Source: an uncultured Gammaproteobacteria bacterium (GTDB lineage Bacteria; Patescibacteriota; Microgenomatia; Levybacterales; GWA1-39-11). Taken from it: a stretch of 64,000 bases of DNA. The notes beneath the pieces were generated by a model. It saw nothing but the letters and a program-made list of their open reading frames with translations. It searched no databases and was not told the DNA's origin. Positions 1 to 9,765 of the stretch are shown here, piece by piece. Positions within the stretch are counted from its first letter, which is position 1, and every line of letters starts with the position of its first letter. Position numbers and translations under genes: made by a program. The stretch lies in assembly GCA_964409875.1 (NCBI GenBank), contig CAYPEN010000001.1:1313-65312 (forward strand), written 5' to 3'.

Positions 1-3000
1 TTGCAGCCGGTACCAATCCGACAGCATCAGTCAGTGCAACTTCAGGTTCAAATAATGGAAACGGAATTGTTATCGCCGGTGACGGTTCAATACAGTCCTT
101 AAGGAATAACACGTTAACACTTGGAGGTAATACAACAGGCAACATCACCATCAGCCCACAAAATGGAGCTGGAACGGTCACGGTCAATGGCACACTTGCA
201 GCAAAGACGAGTGGGGGTGCAACAATTGTCGTTGCTGCAAGCAACTCCTCGGCAAAAGGTAAAGCACAGGCTGACTATGTAGCAACAGGTACAAATGATG
301 ATGTAACTATCGAGTCGGCAATAGCCGCTCTCCCTGCAACTGGGGGGTCCGTGGTGTTATTGGATGGTACATACAATATCGGCAATGCTGCAGGAGACGG
401 AATTGATATTACTAAGTCGAACGTCTCAATCATAGGGTCTGGTAAGGCTACGATTCTGAAAAGACAAGGAGATACGGCTACAAATGATGGCGTTATTGCC
501 GCCACCTCAGTTTCACGTATAGCAATTGCTGATCTTGCGATAGACGGAACCAAGGCAACCTATACGGGCACACAAAATAGAGGTATTTATTTCAGTTCGG
601 CTGTTACTAATTCCCAAATCAGAAATACATACATTCACGACAATGACGGGACCGGTATTTATGTAGATTCATCAAGTAACAATAATACATTCAAAGATAA
701 TGACCTACAGTCTAACGGCGAGTACGGCGGTATTGTAATTGTCTCTTCAAATAGCAATATTATTTCGGGAAACAACCTGCAGTCCAATACTACGTATGGT
801 ATCTGGCTAGTCGCTTCAACAAATAACACGGTTACGGGTAATAATGTACAGTCAAACACCGGAACAGGTATCGAGATGTTCAACGGCGCCAACAATAACA
901 TCGTGACAGGGAATACATTGCAATCCAATACTCAAATCGGTATCTCTATTGATACAGCCAACAACAACAGCATAACGGGGAATAAGCTTTATGACAACAC
1001 CGGTAGCGGATCCAATTCATCAATCGTTCTTGCTACTGCCGACGCAAATACTATTGCTAATAACGACATTACGGATACAGCAGGAACGGGATATGCAATA
1101 AATATCTCAAACTCAGCAAGCGACAATAACTATGTGACAGGGAACCGTTATTCGGGGACAGGTGCGGCCAATATTTCAGATTCGGGTACAGGAACAATGT
1201 TAGCTTCGCAGCTTGCAAACAGCGGTAATGACCTTATTCTAAATGCAGCCCGGTATTTGGGTATTGGAACCGCAACACCCACCTCCGTTTTGAGTGTAGT
1301 GGGGGGCACTATGGGTGGTAATGCAGCTGTAATTCTCAACCAAACTGGTTCTTCCACTAATGATATTTTTGCCGCATCTTCATCGGGTACGACCAAATTC
1401 GTCATCAAAAATGATGGGACTGCTTCAACATCAGGAAATCTAGTTATCAATTCAACAGGTTCACTTCAAACCACAAATAACCAAACACTTACCCTTGGAG
1501 GGAGTTCCACAGGTGATATCGTTCTTAAGCCACGGAATGGGAGCGGTTTTGTGGGAATTGGTAATGCAAGTCCTGCCTATCCATTGGACCTTCTCTCTAC
1601 CACCAATCCGCAAGTCCGCTTCGGATATGATACTTCAAATTACATGACGCTGCAGATAGGTTCAAGCGGAGTAACAACCTTTGATGCGGTCGGGAGCGGA
1701 GCGGCATTCAACTTCAAAGATACGGTTTCGTTGGGTGTGTCAGGAGCTTCAAATGGGATTTTGCAATTTAATAATAGTGCTGGTGGAACAGCAGCAAGTA
1801 TTACTACTAACGCTTCAGGCGACTTAATTTTGCAGTCTTCAGGAGGAATTGTGAATTTGGGAGTAGGTTCGGGAGATATTACTATTGATCCCGGCACTAA
1901 TAATATAGTAGCCAATCTTACGTCAGGTAATTTCTATGGGCAGAAAAATGGAACAAGCCTTATCTCACTTTCTACATCAGGGACTCTTCCAGTTGCCTCC
2001 TTCTCCGGGACAACTTCTTTTGCAGGATTATTGGTTGATAACAGTGGGGTAGGCAATCTCTTCACCGCCTCAACCTCGGGTCTTACGAGGTTTACAATCA
2101 CTAATAATGGGACTGCTTCTTCATCAGCAGGGTTTACTATCGACGGAAATGGGGGAAATATTCAGTCAACACGAAACCAAAGTCTGACAATTGGTGGCGG
2201 CTCGACCGGGGAATTGACTATCGGTAGGACCTCGCAAAGGGTTTTTCTTCCCGGCTTTGATTGTTCGGGTAGCGGCAACGGAGGAAAACTTACGACTACC
2301 GCAGGCGGAGTCCTTACTTGTGCTGCCGATGGCGGAAGTAGCGGAGCAGCAGGTACTTGGACCCTGGATGGAACGAACGGCATTCACACTCCTATAAATA
2401 ATACAGCTGACCTTCTCGTTGGAGGGACTTCAACGCAGTCAGCCATGTTTAGTGTTTTGGGAATTGCAGCTGGTACCAATCCATCAGCATCTGTATCGGC
2501 CATCAATGGTGCAAATGCTAATAAGGGTATCTATATGGCAGGAGACGGGAGTTTGCAGAGTGTCCGCAACAACTTCCTCACCCTTGGAGGAAATACAACA
2601 GGAGATATTTATCTCAAGCCGCTGAACGGCGCAGGAATGGTGAGAATTATCCATGGCACTACCGGAACAGGTGGACTTATGCTAGGTGATTCAGAGACCG
2701 ATGCCACACAAAAGGCAGCACGTTTGAAGTCAATTCCATATAACAGTGCTTCCTCTCTTCCAATCTCAATGCTTATTGCTATCAATTCATCGACAAATAA
2801 CGTACTTAATATTGGGGGAGGTTCAAGCTCTGAGTATGCAGTAACCGATGTATATATTAAAACAGCTACCACTCAGACCACTACAGTAGGAACGACAAGA
2901 TTTTATGTTGGAGGAGCAAGCGGTTTTGTAGGAATCGGTGATACAAATACTTCTCCTGTTGCAAGGCTTGATATTTTAGATAATGCGACCGATATCAATG

Positions 3001-6000
3001 GGGAAAAACTGGTACTCAGGAGAACCGGGGCAGGAGATGTCGGTCTGTCATTCCAGCAGAATGGTATATCAGCATTCGGAATTGTTAATAGAAGTGGTTC
3101 TGGTAACGGTCTTGCATTTGTTGATAATTATTATGAAGGAAGCAATGGAACAGAAATTGCACGGTTCTATGCTTCATCAGGTGTCGGTATTGGAACGCTT
3201 GGCAATACTCCTGTTGCAACACTTGACGTAAGAGGAGTTTTTGCCAATTCAGGTACTCAGCCCGTTGCTTCATTCTCCGGAACAACTTCATTTGCCGGGC
3301 TTATAGTGGATAATAGTGGGGTAGGAGACCTCTTTACTGCCTCAACTTCAGGGTTAACGCGGTTTGTGCTTCAGAGTAATGGGGTTGCTTCAGCCTCCGG
3401 AGGATTTACCATCAACAATGCAGGGAGTCTTCAAACAACCAAAGGTCAAACCCTGACAATCGGTGGAAATTCAACAGGTGACATCTCATTTAAACCAGGA
3501 AATTCTTCAACAAGTCTGTACCTTGCCTCAACAGGGGCTATTGGGGTAAATGGCTCATTTGGGGCACTTGGCCAATGTCTTCTCTCAAATGGGGCAGGGG
3601 CGGCTGCTTCATGGGGAGGATGCGCGGCCGGTGCTGCGGGAGGATGGTTCAACCTCATCTCGTCTCAAGGAACAATTGTCCCTGTCAATCAGACCCTTGA
3701 TCTTCTCTGGGGAGGAAACTCGACCGCTTCTGCGGGCTTTAGAATTTCTGGAGCAACGAAGAACTATGGCACTGTTGCAGCCGCTTCCGTAAGCGCTAAT
3801 ACCTCATTTGCCGGCATGGTTATTGATAACCGTGGAACCGGAGAGCTGTTGACTGCCTCCTCATCAGGTCAGACACGCTTCACTATATATAACAGCGGGA
3901 ATGTAGTTATCGGAAATGGAGGCGACTCAGGATTTAGGCTTGATGTGAAAGGCTCTGTAAGGATAGGCAATAACACGACAACTGACGATATCGTGAAAGA
4001 CAGCTCCGTTGACTTTACTCAGTCGGGATATGCAATTACCACAAATGATAGCGTTAATACTGTTTCGACTTCAGAAAATCAAATCAAGCTTGTTACCGAC
4101 CTTATCGGGGCCGGAGCGTCGCTTACAGCGCCTGCCGCTGACCAGACAACAGGCACCAATGTGACGACCGGGTCTGTAGCCTTCCAGAGACCGGATAAAA
4201 AATTCGTCGTCTTTGTCGGCGGAGCCGCAACAAGCAAAATGTATGATCCGACAACAGGTACGTGGATTGCAGGTCCAAGTACTGCCGGTGCGGTATCCAT
4301 GGGTGCCGGTGCAAGGGCATTCCAGAGACAAAACGGGTCATTCCTGGTAATTCACGGCGGAGCGGCTACTAGTACAACTGTTTATTCCTCGGGTGGTTCT
4401 GCCAATTTGGGAACTGCTATTGCAGGTCCGGCGACAACAGCAGCAGTGGGAGCAGGCTCACAGATAATAAGGCGTCCCGATGGAAAAATTCTCGTTATCC
4501 ATGGAAATACCAGTACAACCTCTAGCGTTCATGACCCGGTTACCGCTACGGGTACGACTTCTTTAATTGGCACCTTTATTACAGGACCTGCAACAACGGG
4601 CAATGTGGTTGCTGGCTCATTTGTTTTCCAGCGGCCTGACGGAAAATGGATTTTGGGGCTTGGAGGAAGTACAACAACCAACCTCTATGACCCCTCTTCC
4701 TCAGGGGTCGGTGGTGGAGGCGCATTTTCAGCAGGGCCATCTCTTTCTGCAGGTGCTCCTGCAGCAGGAACACATGTTATTCAGCTTCCCGATGGTCGGT
4801 TCATGGTTCTTGTGGGTGGAAGCACGGCGACCCAGATATATGACTGGAAGTCTAATTCTTTCTCTGCCGGTAGTACGATGACTGTGACAATTGGTGCCGG
4901 CGCTCATTCTTTCCAGAGGTCTGACGGTAAGTGGGTTGTCGTAGCAGGAGGAAATTCGACAAGCCTTATGCTCTATGACCCAACGAGCGGAGCGGATGGA
5001 ACTTTCAGCAACTTAGCAAGCGGTTTGTCGGCAGCGGCAGGTGCGGGTGCTCTTACCTTCCAAAGACCGGACGGAAAATACATTGTAGTTCACGGAAATA
5101 CTGTCCAAACAACAACTCTCTATGATGCGGGGTGGAATACCACAGGAACTTGGACATCGGAGGACATTCTCAACACAAAGATTTCTACCTATTCGGCGAT
5201 GATTTGGTCGGCAAATCCACAGTCTGCGAATAACAATGCCCGGCTCGATTCTGAAACTATCAATATAGCCGTCAAGACAGGAGACACGCTTACTTCTCTT
5301 GGTAACAATCCATACAGGACTCTTCAGGATAGTGGTGACCTTATTAAGGCGTATGGAAACTCACAATACGCAAAGATTCAGGTTACGTTCACTGTCCCAA
5401 TTCGCTCATATCCCGGAGGAGCAACGGCCTATTTAGCTCAATCAAACATTTGGGACGGCGAGGGAGGTACTTTCCTTCGAAGAAGCTTTATTCAACCAAC
5501 AGTATTTAGTATGCGGATTCAAAATCCTCTTGTGAGTTATGGTGATCCGTCAGGTCAAGGAGATCCTGCTTTTGGAAGAAATTTTGCAACAGCCTCAGCT
5601 CAACTTGAGGGGGTGGGAACGGATAATTCAAACCGCTTGACACTTTTGACCCTCAGAAATCAACCAACCTCGACTGCCTCAGCAGGCATCATTATCGCCT
5701 CTGCATCGGCAAATCTTGGCGGAAATGCGGGTGCCGGTGCTCACACCATAGAGCGCAATAACGGGCAATTCCTTACGATACTTGGCGGCGGCACGACTAC
5801 AACACGCACATATGACTCTGATACGAATACTTGGTCGGCGGGACCCGATTTGCCGAATGCAGCAGGTGCCGGGGCCCATTCCTTCCTCCTTCCTGATGGA
5901 AGATTCTTCGTTGTATTGGGGAACACAACCAATAAGACTGCTATCTTTGACCCCCAGACAAGCCTGTTCTTAGCAGGACCAAACCTCTTTGGAAACGTAG

Positions 6001-8606
6001 GGACTGGTGCTAATTCATTCCAGAGACCCGATGGGTACTTCGTCATTCTCAATGGAGGAGCCACTCCGGCCACTAATATTTTAGATCCGTTCACGATGAC
6101 TGTGACCCAGGGGCCATTTACGGCTGGTGCAACCCCAAATGTAGGCGCAGGCGCCTTGAATATAAAGCGGTCTGATGGAAGAGTTACGATAATTTTAGGA
6201 AATGGTAATGCTATAGCTACAGGAACGAACGTGTACGATCCGGCTTCAAATTCGTTTGCAGCGGGACCGGCGCTTGTTGGAGGGACGGTTAATACCGGAG
6301 GCAGTGCAATACAAATTAATACGGGAAGAATTCTTCTCTTTAAGTCCACAGCTACCTCAAACTGGTATGATCCCGTCCTAAATACATTCGCCGCAGGTCC
6401 GACACCGACTGCTAATGGCGCCGGCGCATTTGTGATTCCTCGTTCTGACGGAAAGATATTCAAGGCGAACGGAGGAAACGCGGCTACAACAAATATTATC
6501 GACCCTCAGTCAGGCGTCGCAGTAACGGCCACCAGTGCTCCAACGCTTCCATGCAACATCAATACGGGTGCCCATACATTCCAGCGTCCAACGGGGGAGT
6601 ACGTTGTCATCTGTGGAGGCAGTACTGCAAATACTCTTGTTATCGATGCGGGTTGGAATTTGGGCGGAACTTATACTACGGAGCAAATCCAGGTCCCCAA
6701 CCTCAGCAGTACGAGCTCATTATTCTGGAAGAATGTAGGACAAGGGTCAATTACTGTAAAGTACAGAACTGCCGCTTCACAGCAGGCATTAGGAGTATCT
6801 TCATGGAAGGATTTACCTAAAAGCGGGTCTTATATTTCGCCAGCTGCTGGGGATACATGGATTCAAGCGAGGTTTGATTTGCAGGGAGTATTGCAGGATT
6901 TGCCGGGTGCAAAAACAAGAGTATGGAACGGGTCTGATGCGGGTGGTGGAATGGTCTATTACCGCTCAGTTCAGGCGCCAATACTTGAGTATTGGAAACT
7001 CATCAATATACAAGACCCGACGCTTTTGACTCTTTCAAGCGGTGGAGATAATGTGTTCCGTTTCTCCTCGGACGGTCAAGCATATACCTCTGACAATGGA
7101 GCATGGAATTCAGGAGGCGCCGACCTTGCAGAGCGCTATCAATCCCAAGATAGCCTTGTTGCAGGTGAAGTTGTATCTCTTGACAGGTTCCATCCGCAGA
7201 ACACCCGTCGCGCAACTACAGCTTATGACCAGAATGCCATGGGGGTTGTTTCGACTCAGCCCGGATTTGTTGCAGGTGCTTACACCGAGAATTCGTACCC
7301 AATTGCGCTTGTCGGACGTGTGCCTGTCAAGGTAAGCAATGAAAATGGAGAAATTCACGCGGGTGACTACCTCACTTCAGCCTCAATTCCAGGATATGCG
7401 ATGAAAGCAACCGTTGCAGGTCGGGTCATAGGTCAGGCGATGGAATCCTTCGACTCCGCTCAGGACCATGGGACTTCCAACCTGCAGGATTGTCCTAAAT
7501 TCGGTGCCGGAAATCTGACGGCAACACGATGCGGAACCATAACAGTATTTGTGAACCTGACCTCCTACAATGGCGAATCCGTAGACGTTGCCATGAAAGA
7601 GAATGGGTACGCCCTCAAAGAGGAGGAGTTACCCGCAATTTCCGGGATGGACTTTTCTGAAGGAACGGATGCAAGGCGCCAACAAGAAGTGCTCGGGTTC
7701 CTAAAGACCCAAAAAGATAACGGGCAAAGTATCTATACGGATAGAATTGCTGCAACGCAGGAGGTTATAAGTCCGCAGATTGTGACCGACCTTTTGGTCG
7801 CAAAGAAGATAAAGGCCGAGTCTATCGAAGGGCTTGAAATCATCACTAACTCAATTGAGAGGCTAACAGACCAGGTTGGAACAGGTAGTGCTATCCAGAA
7901 TTTCTCAGATAGGCTTACGATGTTAAGCCTTACTCAGAAAGACTTTGAAACTCAGGTTTCATCATTATCTGCAAAACTTGACAAGATAAGCTCACTTAAC
8001 CTCCTAAGCTTTATTGCCCAGGGCTCGACAAGCGGAGAGCTAACCATGGTCAACAATTTTGCTTCCTACGGCACGACAACGCTCTCAGAGGCCTCTGTAA
8101 TGAACACAATAACAATTGGTACGGGTTCTACCCTCAACCTTTCAAATAACTCACTGTACACGCTTGGAGACGACCTTTCTATACAGCCATTCAGACAGGG
8201 CGGCGTCAACTTCCTCGGTGGACTCATCAGCTTCGACACAGATGGGAAAGCGGTATTTAAAGAGGACGTTACCTTTGAAAAGAATGTGGGCGTTGCTGGT
8301 GTTCTTTCGGCCAAAACCGTTGCCTCAACTGAGCTTCAACTCGGCCAGGGAACAACGACCGTTATCTCAGATACGGAAGTAACGGCTACCGCCGCTGCAG
8401 GCCTTGTTACTTTGAAGAAGAACACAGACCACGTCAAGGTCAACAATCCGCTCGTACGTGACAATTCGTTCATATTCATAACTCCAAAGACCAAGACTGT
8501 CCTGCAACTGTTCTTGCTCGACCAAGCTGAGGGTACATCATTCACCGTCGGAGTAGACGGCAAATCCACAGAAGACATCAAGTTCAATTACCTCATCGTC
8601 AACTGA
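1..8606 (+). CDS. giant secreted/cell-surface repeat protein, 5' end outside window (>2860 aa): right-handed parallel beta-helix repeats, ~130-aa tandem modules, ~20 Kelch-like propeller blades, tail-fibre-like C-terminal region with coiled coil
   Basis: Frame 3 is open from nt 3 to the stop at 8604-8606. The ORF track starts at 351 only because it needs a start codon. Residues encoded at 3-350 (LRNNTLTLGGNTTGNITISPQNGAG) repeat the internal module seen later (VRNNFLTLGGNTTGDIYLKPLNGAG), so the gene starts upstream. N-terminal part: NosD/pectate-lyase-like repeats (GNNLQSNTTYGIWL, GNNVQSNTGTGIEM, GNTLQSNTQIGISI). nt about 4040-6540: about 20 tandem ~48-aa units with FQRPDGK...GG...YDP, a Kelch-type blade signature. 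C-terminal part: SGGADLAERY block, then heptad-like coiled coil and a final beta-rich domain. Confidence 0.8.
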   Translation, partial: AAGTNPTASVSATSGSNNGNGIVIAGDGSIQSLRNNTLTLGGNTTGNITISPQNGAGTVTVNGTLAAKTSGGATIVVAASNSSAKGKAQADYVATGTNDDVTIESAIAALPATGGSVVLLDGTYNIGNAAGDGIDITKSNVSIIGSGKATILKRQGDTATNDGVIAATSVSRIAIADLAIDGTKATYTGTQNRGIYFSSAVTNSQIRNTYIHDNDGTGIYVDSSSNNNTFKDNDLQSNGEYGGIVIVSSNSNIISGNNLQSNTTYGIWLVASTNNTVTGNNVQSNTGTGIEMFNGANNNIVTGNTLQSNTQIGISIDTANNNSITGNKLYDNTGSGSNSSIVLATADANTIANNDITDTAGTGYAINISNSASDNNYVTGNRYSGTGAANISDSGTGTMLASQLANSGNDLILNAARYLGIGTATPTSVLSVVGGTMGGNAAVILNQTGSSTNDIFAASSSGTTKFVIKNDGTASTSGNLVINSTGSLQTTNNQTLTLGGSSTGDIVLKPRNGSGFVGIGNASPAYPLDLLSTTNPQVRFGYDTSNYMTLQIGSSGVTTFDAVGSGAAFNFKDTVSLGVSGASNGILQFNNSAGGTAASITTNASGDLILQSSGGIVNLGVGSGDITIDPGTNNIVANLTSGNFYGQKNGTSLISLSTSGTLPVASFSGTTSFAGLLVDNSGVGNLFTASTSGLTRFTITNNGTASSSAGFTIDGNGGNIQSTRNQSLTIGGGSTGELTIGRTSQRVFLPGFDCSGSGNGGKLTTTAGGVLTCAADGGSSGAAGTWTLDGTNGIHTPINNTADLLVGGTSTQSAMFSVLGIAAGTNPSASVSAINGANANKGIYMAGDGSLQSVRNNFLTLGGNTTGDIYLKPLNGAGMVRIIHGTTGTGGLMLGDSETDATQKAARLKSIPYNSASSLPISMLIAINSSTNNVLNIGGGSSSEYAVTDVYIKTATTQTTTVGTTRFYVGGASGFVGIGDTNTSPVARLDILDNATDINGEKLVLRRTGAGDVGLSFQQNGISAFGIVNRSGSGNGLAFVDNYYEGSNGTEIARFYASSGVGIGTLGNTPVATLDVRGVFANSGTQPVASFSGTTSFAGLIVDNSGVGDLFTASTSGLTRFVLQSNGVASASGGFTINNAGSLQTTKGQTLTIGGNSTGDISFKPGNSSTSLYLASTGAIGVNGSFGALGQCLLSNGAGAAASWGGCAAGAAGGWFNLISSQGTIVPVNQTLDLLWGGNSTASAGFRISGATKNYGTVAAASVSANTSFAGMVIDNRGTGELLTASSSGQTRFTIYNSGNVVIGNGGDSGFRLDVKGSVRIGNNTTTDDIVKDSSVDFTQSGYAITTNDSVNTVSTSENQIKLVTDLIGAGASLTAPAADQTTGTNVTTGSVAFQRPDKKFVVFVGGAATSKMYDPTTGTWIAGPSTAGAVSMGAGARAFQRQNGSFLVIHGGAATSTTVYSSGGSANLGTAIAGPATTAAVGAGSQIIRRPDGKILVIHGNTSTTSSVHDPVTATGTTSLIGTFITGPATTGNVVAGSFVFQRPDGKWILGLGGSTTTNLYDPSSSGVGGGGAFSAGPSLSAGAPAAGTHVIQLPDGRFMVLVGGSTATQIYDWKSNSFSAGSTMTVTIGAGAHSFQRSDGKWVVVAGGNSTSLMLYDPTSGADGTFSNLASGLSAAAGAGALTFQRPDGKYIVVHGNTVQTTTLYDAGWNTTGTWTSEDILNTKISTYSAMIWSANPQSANNNARLDSETINIAVKTGDTLTSLGNNPYRTLQDSGDLIKAYGNSQYAKIQVTFTVPIRSYPGGATAYLAQSNIWDGEGGTFLRRSFIQPTVFSMRIQNPLVSYGDPSGQGDPAFGRNFATASAQLEGVGTDNSNRLTLLTLRNQPTSTASAGIIIASASANLGGNAGAGAHTIERNNGQFLTILGGGTTTTRTYDSDTNTWSAGPDLPNAAGAGAHSFLLPDGRFFVVLGNTTNKTAIFDPQTSLFLAGPNLFGNVGTGANSFQRPDGYFVILNGGATPATNILDPFTMTVTQGPFTAGATPNVGAGALNIKRSDGRVTIILGNGNAIATGTNVYDPASNSFAAGPALVGGTVNTGGSAIQINTGRILLFKSTATSNWYDPVLNTFAAGPTPTANGAGAFVIPRSDGKIFKANGGNAATTNIIDPQSGVAVTATSAPTLPCNINTGAHTFQRPTGEYVVICGGSTANTLVIDAGWNLGGTYTTEQIQVPNLSSTSSLFWKNVGQGSITVKYRTAASQQALGVSSWKDLPKSGSYISPAAGDTWIQARFDLQGVLQDLPGAKTRVWNGSDAGGGMVYYRSVQAPILEYWKLINIQDPTLLTLSSGGDNVFRFSSDGQAYTSDNGAWNSGGADLAERYQSQDSLVAGEVVSLDRFHPQNTRRATTAYDQNAMGVVSTQPGFVAGAYTENSYPIALVGRVPVKVSNENGEIHAGDYLTSASIPGYAMKATVAGRVIGQAMESFDSAQDHGTSNLQDCPKFGAGNLTATRCGTITVFVNLTSYNGESVDVAMKENGYALKEEELPAISGMDFSEGTDARRQQEVLGFLKTQKDNGQSIYTDRIAATQEVISPQIVTDLLVAKKIKAESIEGLEIITNSIERLTDQVGTGSAIQNFSDRLTMLSLTQKDFETQVSSLSAKLDKISSLNLLSFIAQGSTSGELTMVNNFASYGTTTLSEASVMNTITIGTGSTLNLSNNSLYTLGDDLSIQPFRQGGVNFLGGLISFDTDGKAVFKEDVTFEKNVGVAGVLSAKTVASTELQLGQGTTTVISDTEVTATAAAGLVTLKKNTDHVKVNNPLVRDNSFIFITPKTKTVLQLFLLDQAEGTSFTVGVDGKSTEDIKFNYLIVN

Positions 8607-8629
8607 CGATGAGATTCAATTTTTAAGCT

Positions 8630-9070
8630 CAAATTTTTAATTTTTAAACAAATAAAAATGACAAAAGTAGAAAAAAGATACGACTTAGAAGAAAGAACGG
8701 CAGTTTTTGCAGAAAATGTTATAGCGCTTTGTAAAAGAGTGAAAAAAGACGTTGTTTTACCGCCTCTTATAAGTCAATTAGTACGTTCTGCAACAAGCAT
8801 TGGAGCAAATTACTGTGAGGCAAATGGAGCATCTTCTAAGAAAGATTTCACAAATAAAATCCATATCTGCAAAAAAGAAGCAAAAGAAACAATGTATTGG
8901 CTGAGGATTTTGGGTTCTAGCACTGAAGACCAAAAAGAAGAATGTAGGATTTTATGGAAAGAATCACATGAACTAGCACTCATCTTTGGAAAAATAGCAA
9001 CCAATTCAAAGCAAACAGGTTTAGAGCTTAGAAATTGAAATTTGATTAAAAATTTTAAATTAAAAATTTG
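8630..9070. repeat. AT-rich cassette bounded by imperfect terminal inverted repeats, carrying the four-helix-bundle gene
   Basis: Left end caaatttttaatttttaaa (8630-8648). Its reverse complement tttaaaaattaaaaatttg matches the right end ttttaaattaaaaatttg (9053-9070) with a 2-nt indel. Related cargo-less AT-rich copies lie at 50449-50565 and 52335-52440. Confidence 0.3.
8658..9038 (+). CDS. four-helix-bundle protein (23S rRNA intervening-sequence protein family)
   Basis: 126 aa. Family hallmarks are FAENVIALCKRV, QLVRSATSIGANYCEANGASSKKDFTNKIHICKKEAKETMYWLRIL and a C-terminal helix. Typical size for the TIGR02436-like family. Confidence 0.8.
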   Translation: MTKVEKRYDLEERTAVFAENVIALCKRVKKDVVLPPLISQLVRSATSIGANYCEANGASSKKDFTNKIHICKKEAKETMYWLRILGSSTEDQKEECRILWKESHELALIFGKIATNSKQTGLELRN

Positions 9071-9765
9071 AATTTGAACAAGATTATGAACAAATTAATC
9101 AATATGAAACAAGTTATTTTTAGCTATTTTTCCTCGCCATAGGCGAGAGGAAGGAGGTGAAGATATGTGGCACAAAAAGCATTAAAGAAAGTACGAAAAC
9201 AAGTGAAGCTTTTCGTGTATTTCTTGTCAGCATCATACGCCAATTAAATTAGTAGCTAGAAGCTAGAAGTTAGTAGTTAGCAGAAAGAAGAGTATATAAA
9301 GCCTCAAATTTCTTCAACAACTACAAGAAAACTTCAGTTACTGCCAGTTTTCTTTTTGTTAAAAACTAATAACTAGCGACTAATAACTAATAACTATTGT
9401 TATGAAAGACTGCCCAGAAATCGAAGAGCTTTTGCTCAGAGTCATCGGAGACGATGTCGTGGGTTTTTTTGAGAGAAAAGCCTCAACATCAGAACAGGAA
9501 GTGAGGGTATTCACGCCTGTATACAGCAGTACAAAGTCGCAAGGCTTGGTCAATTAACGCAGAGCAAAAGCAAACCATAACTCCGGTTAGCCCCAGCCTC
9601 GCGTAGACAACGAGTCTAGGCGGGCCGGTTTGCTTTTGGGGAAGCGTTTTCGATCCGATGATAGAGTAAAGTGAGTTTTTTAAGCTTCGATTTGGAGGGT
9701 AGGTATTCCTGTAGAAAGAGCGAATTGACTTCCATTTCACTATCTACTATATTCTGGCTATTGCC

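Noticed and set aside
275-8587. Many 60-240-aa ORFs on the opposite strand and in other frames inside the giant gene (for example 5741..6463, 240 aa; 1148..1450; 4071..4331)
   Set aside because: They lie wholly inside a long, clearly coding repeat-rich frame. Their P/A/V-rich or R/S-rich composition is typical of antisense translation of G/T/N/S-rich repeats.
9489-9740. 83-aa minus-strand ORF in the intergenic gap
   Set aside because: No start context or RBS, odd composition, and it overlaps the candidate structured region. Probably non-coding.
9100-9765. tmRNA, SRP RNA or RNase P RNA in the long intergenic gap
   Set aside because: By eye I could not find the tRNA-like 3' end (GGTTCGAATCC...CCA), a tag-peptide reading frame, the SRP domain-IV GGAAG/AGCAG symmetric-loop geometry, or RNase P conserved boxes. 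Left as an unassigned structured region.
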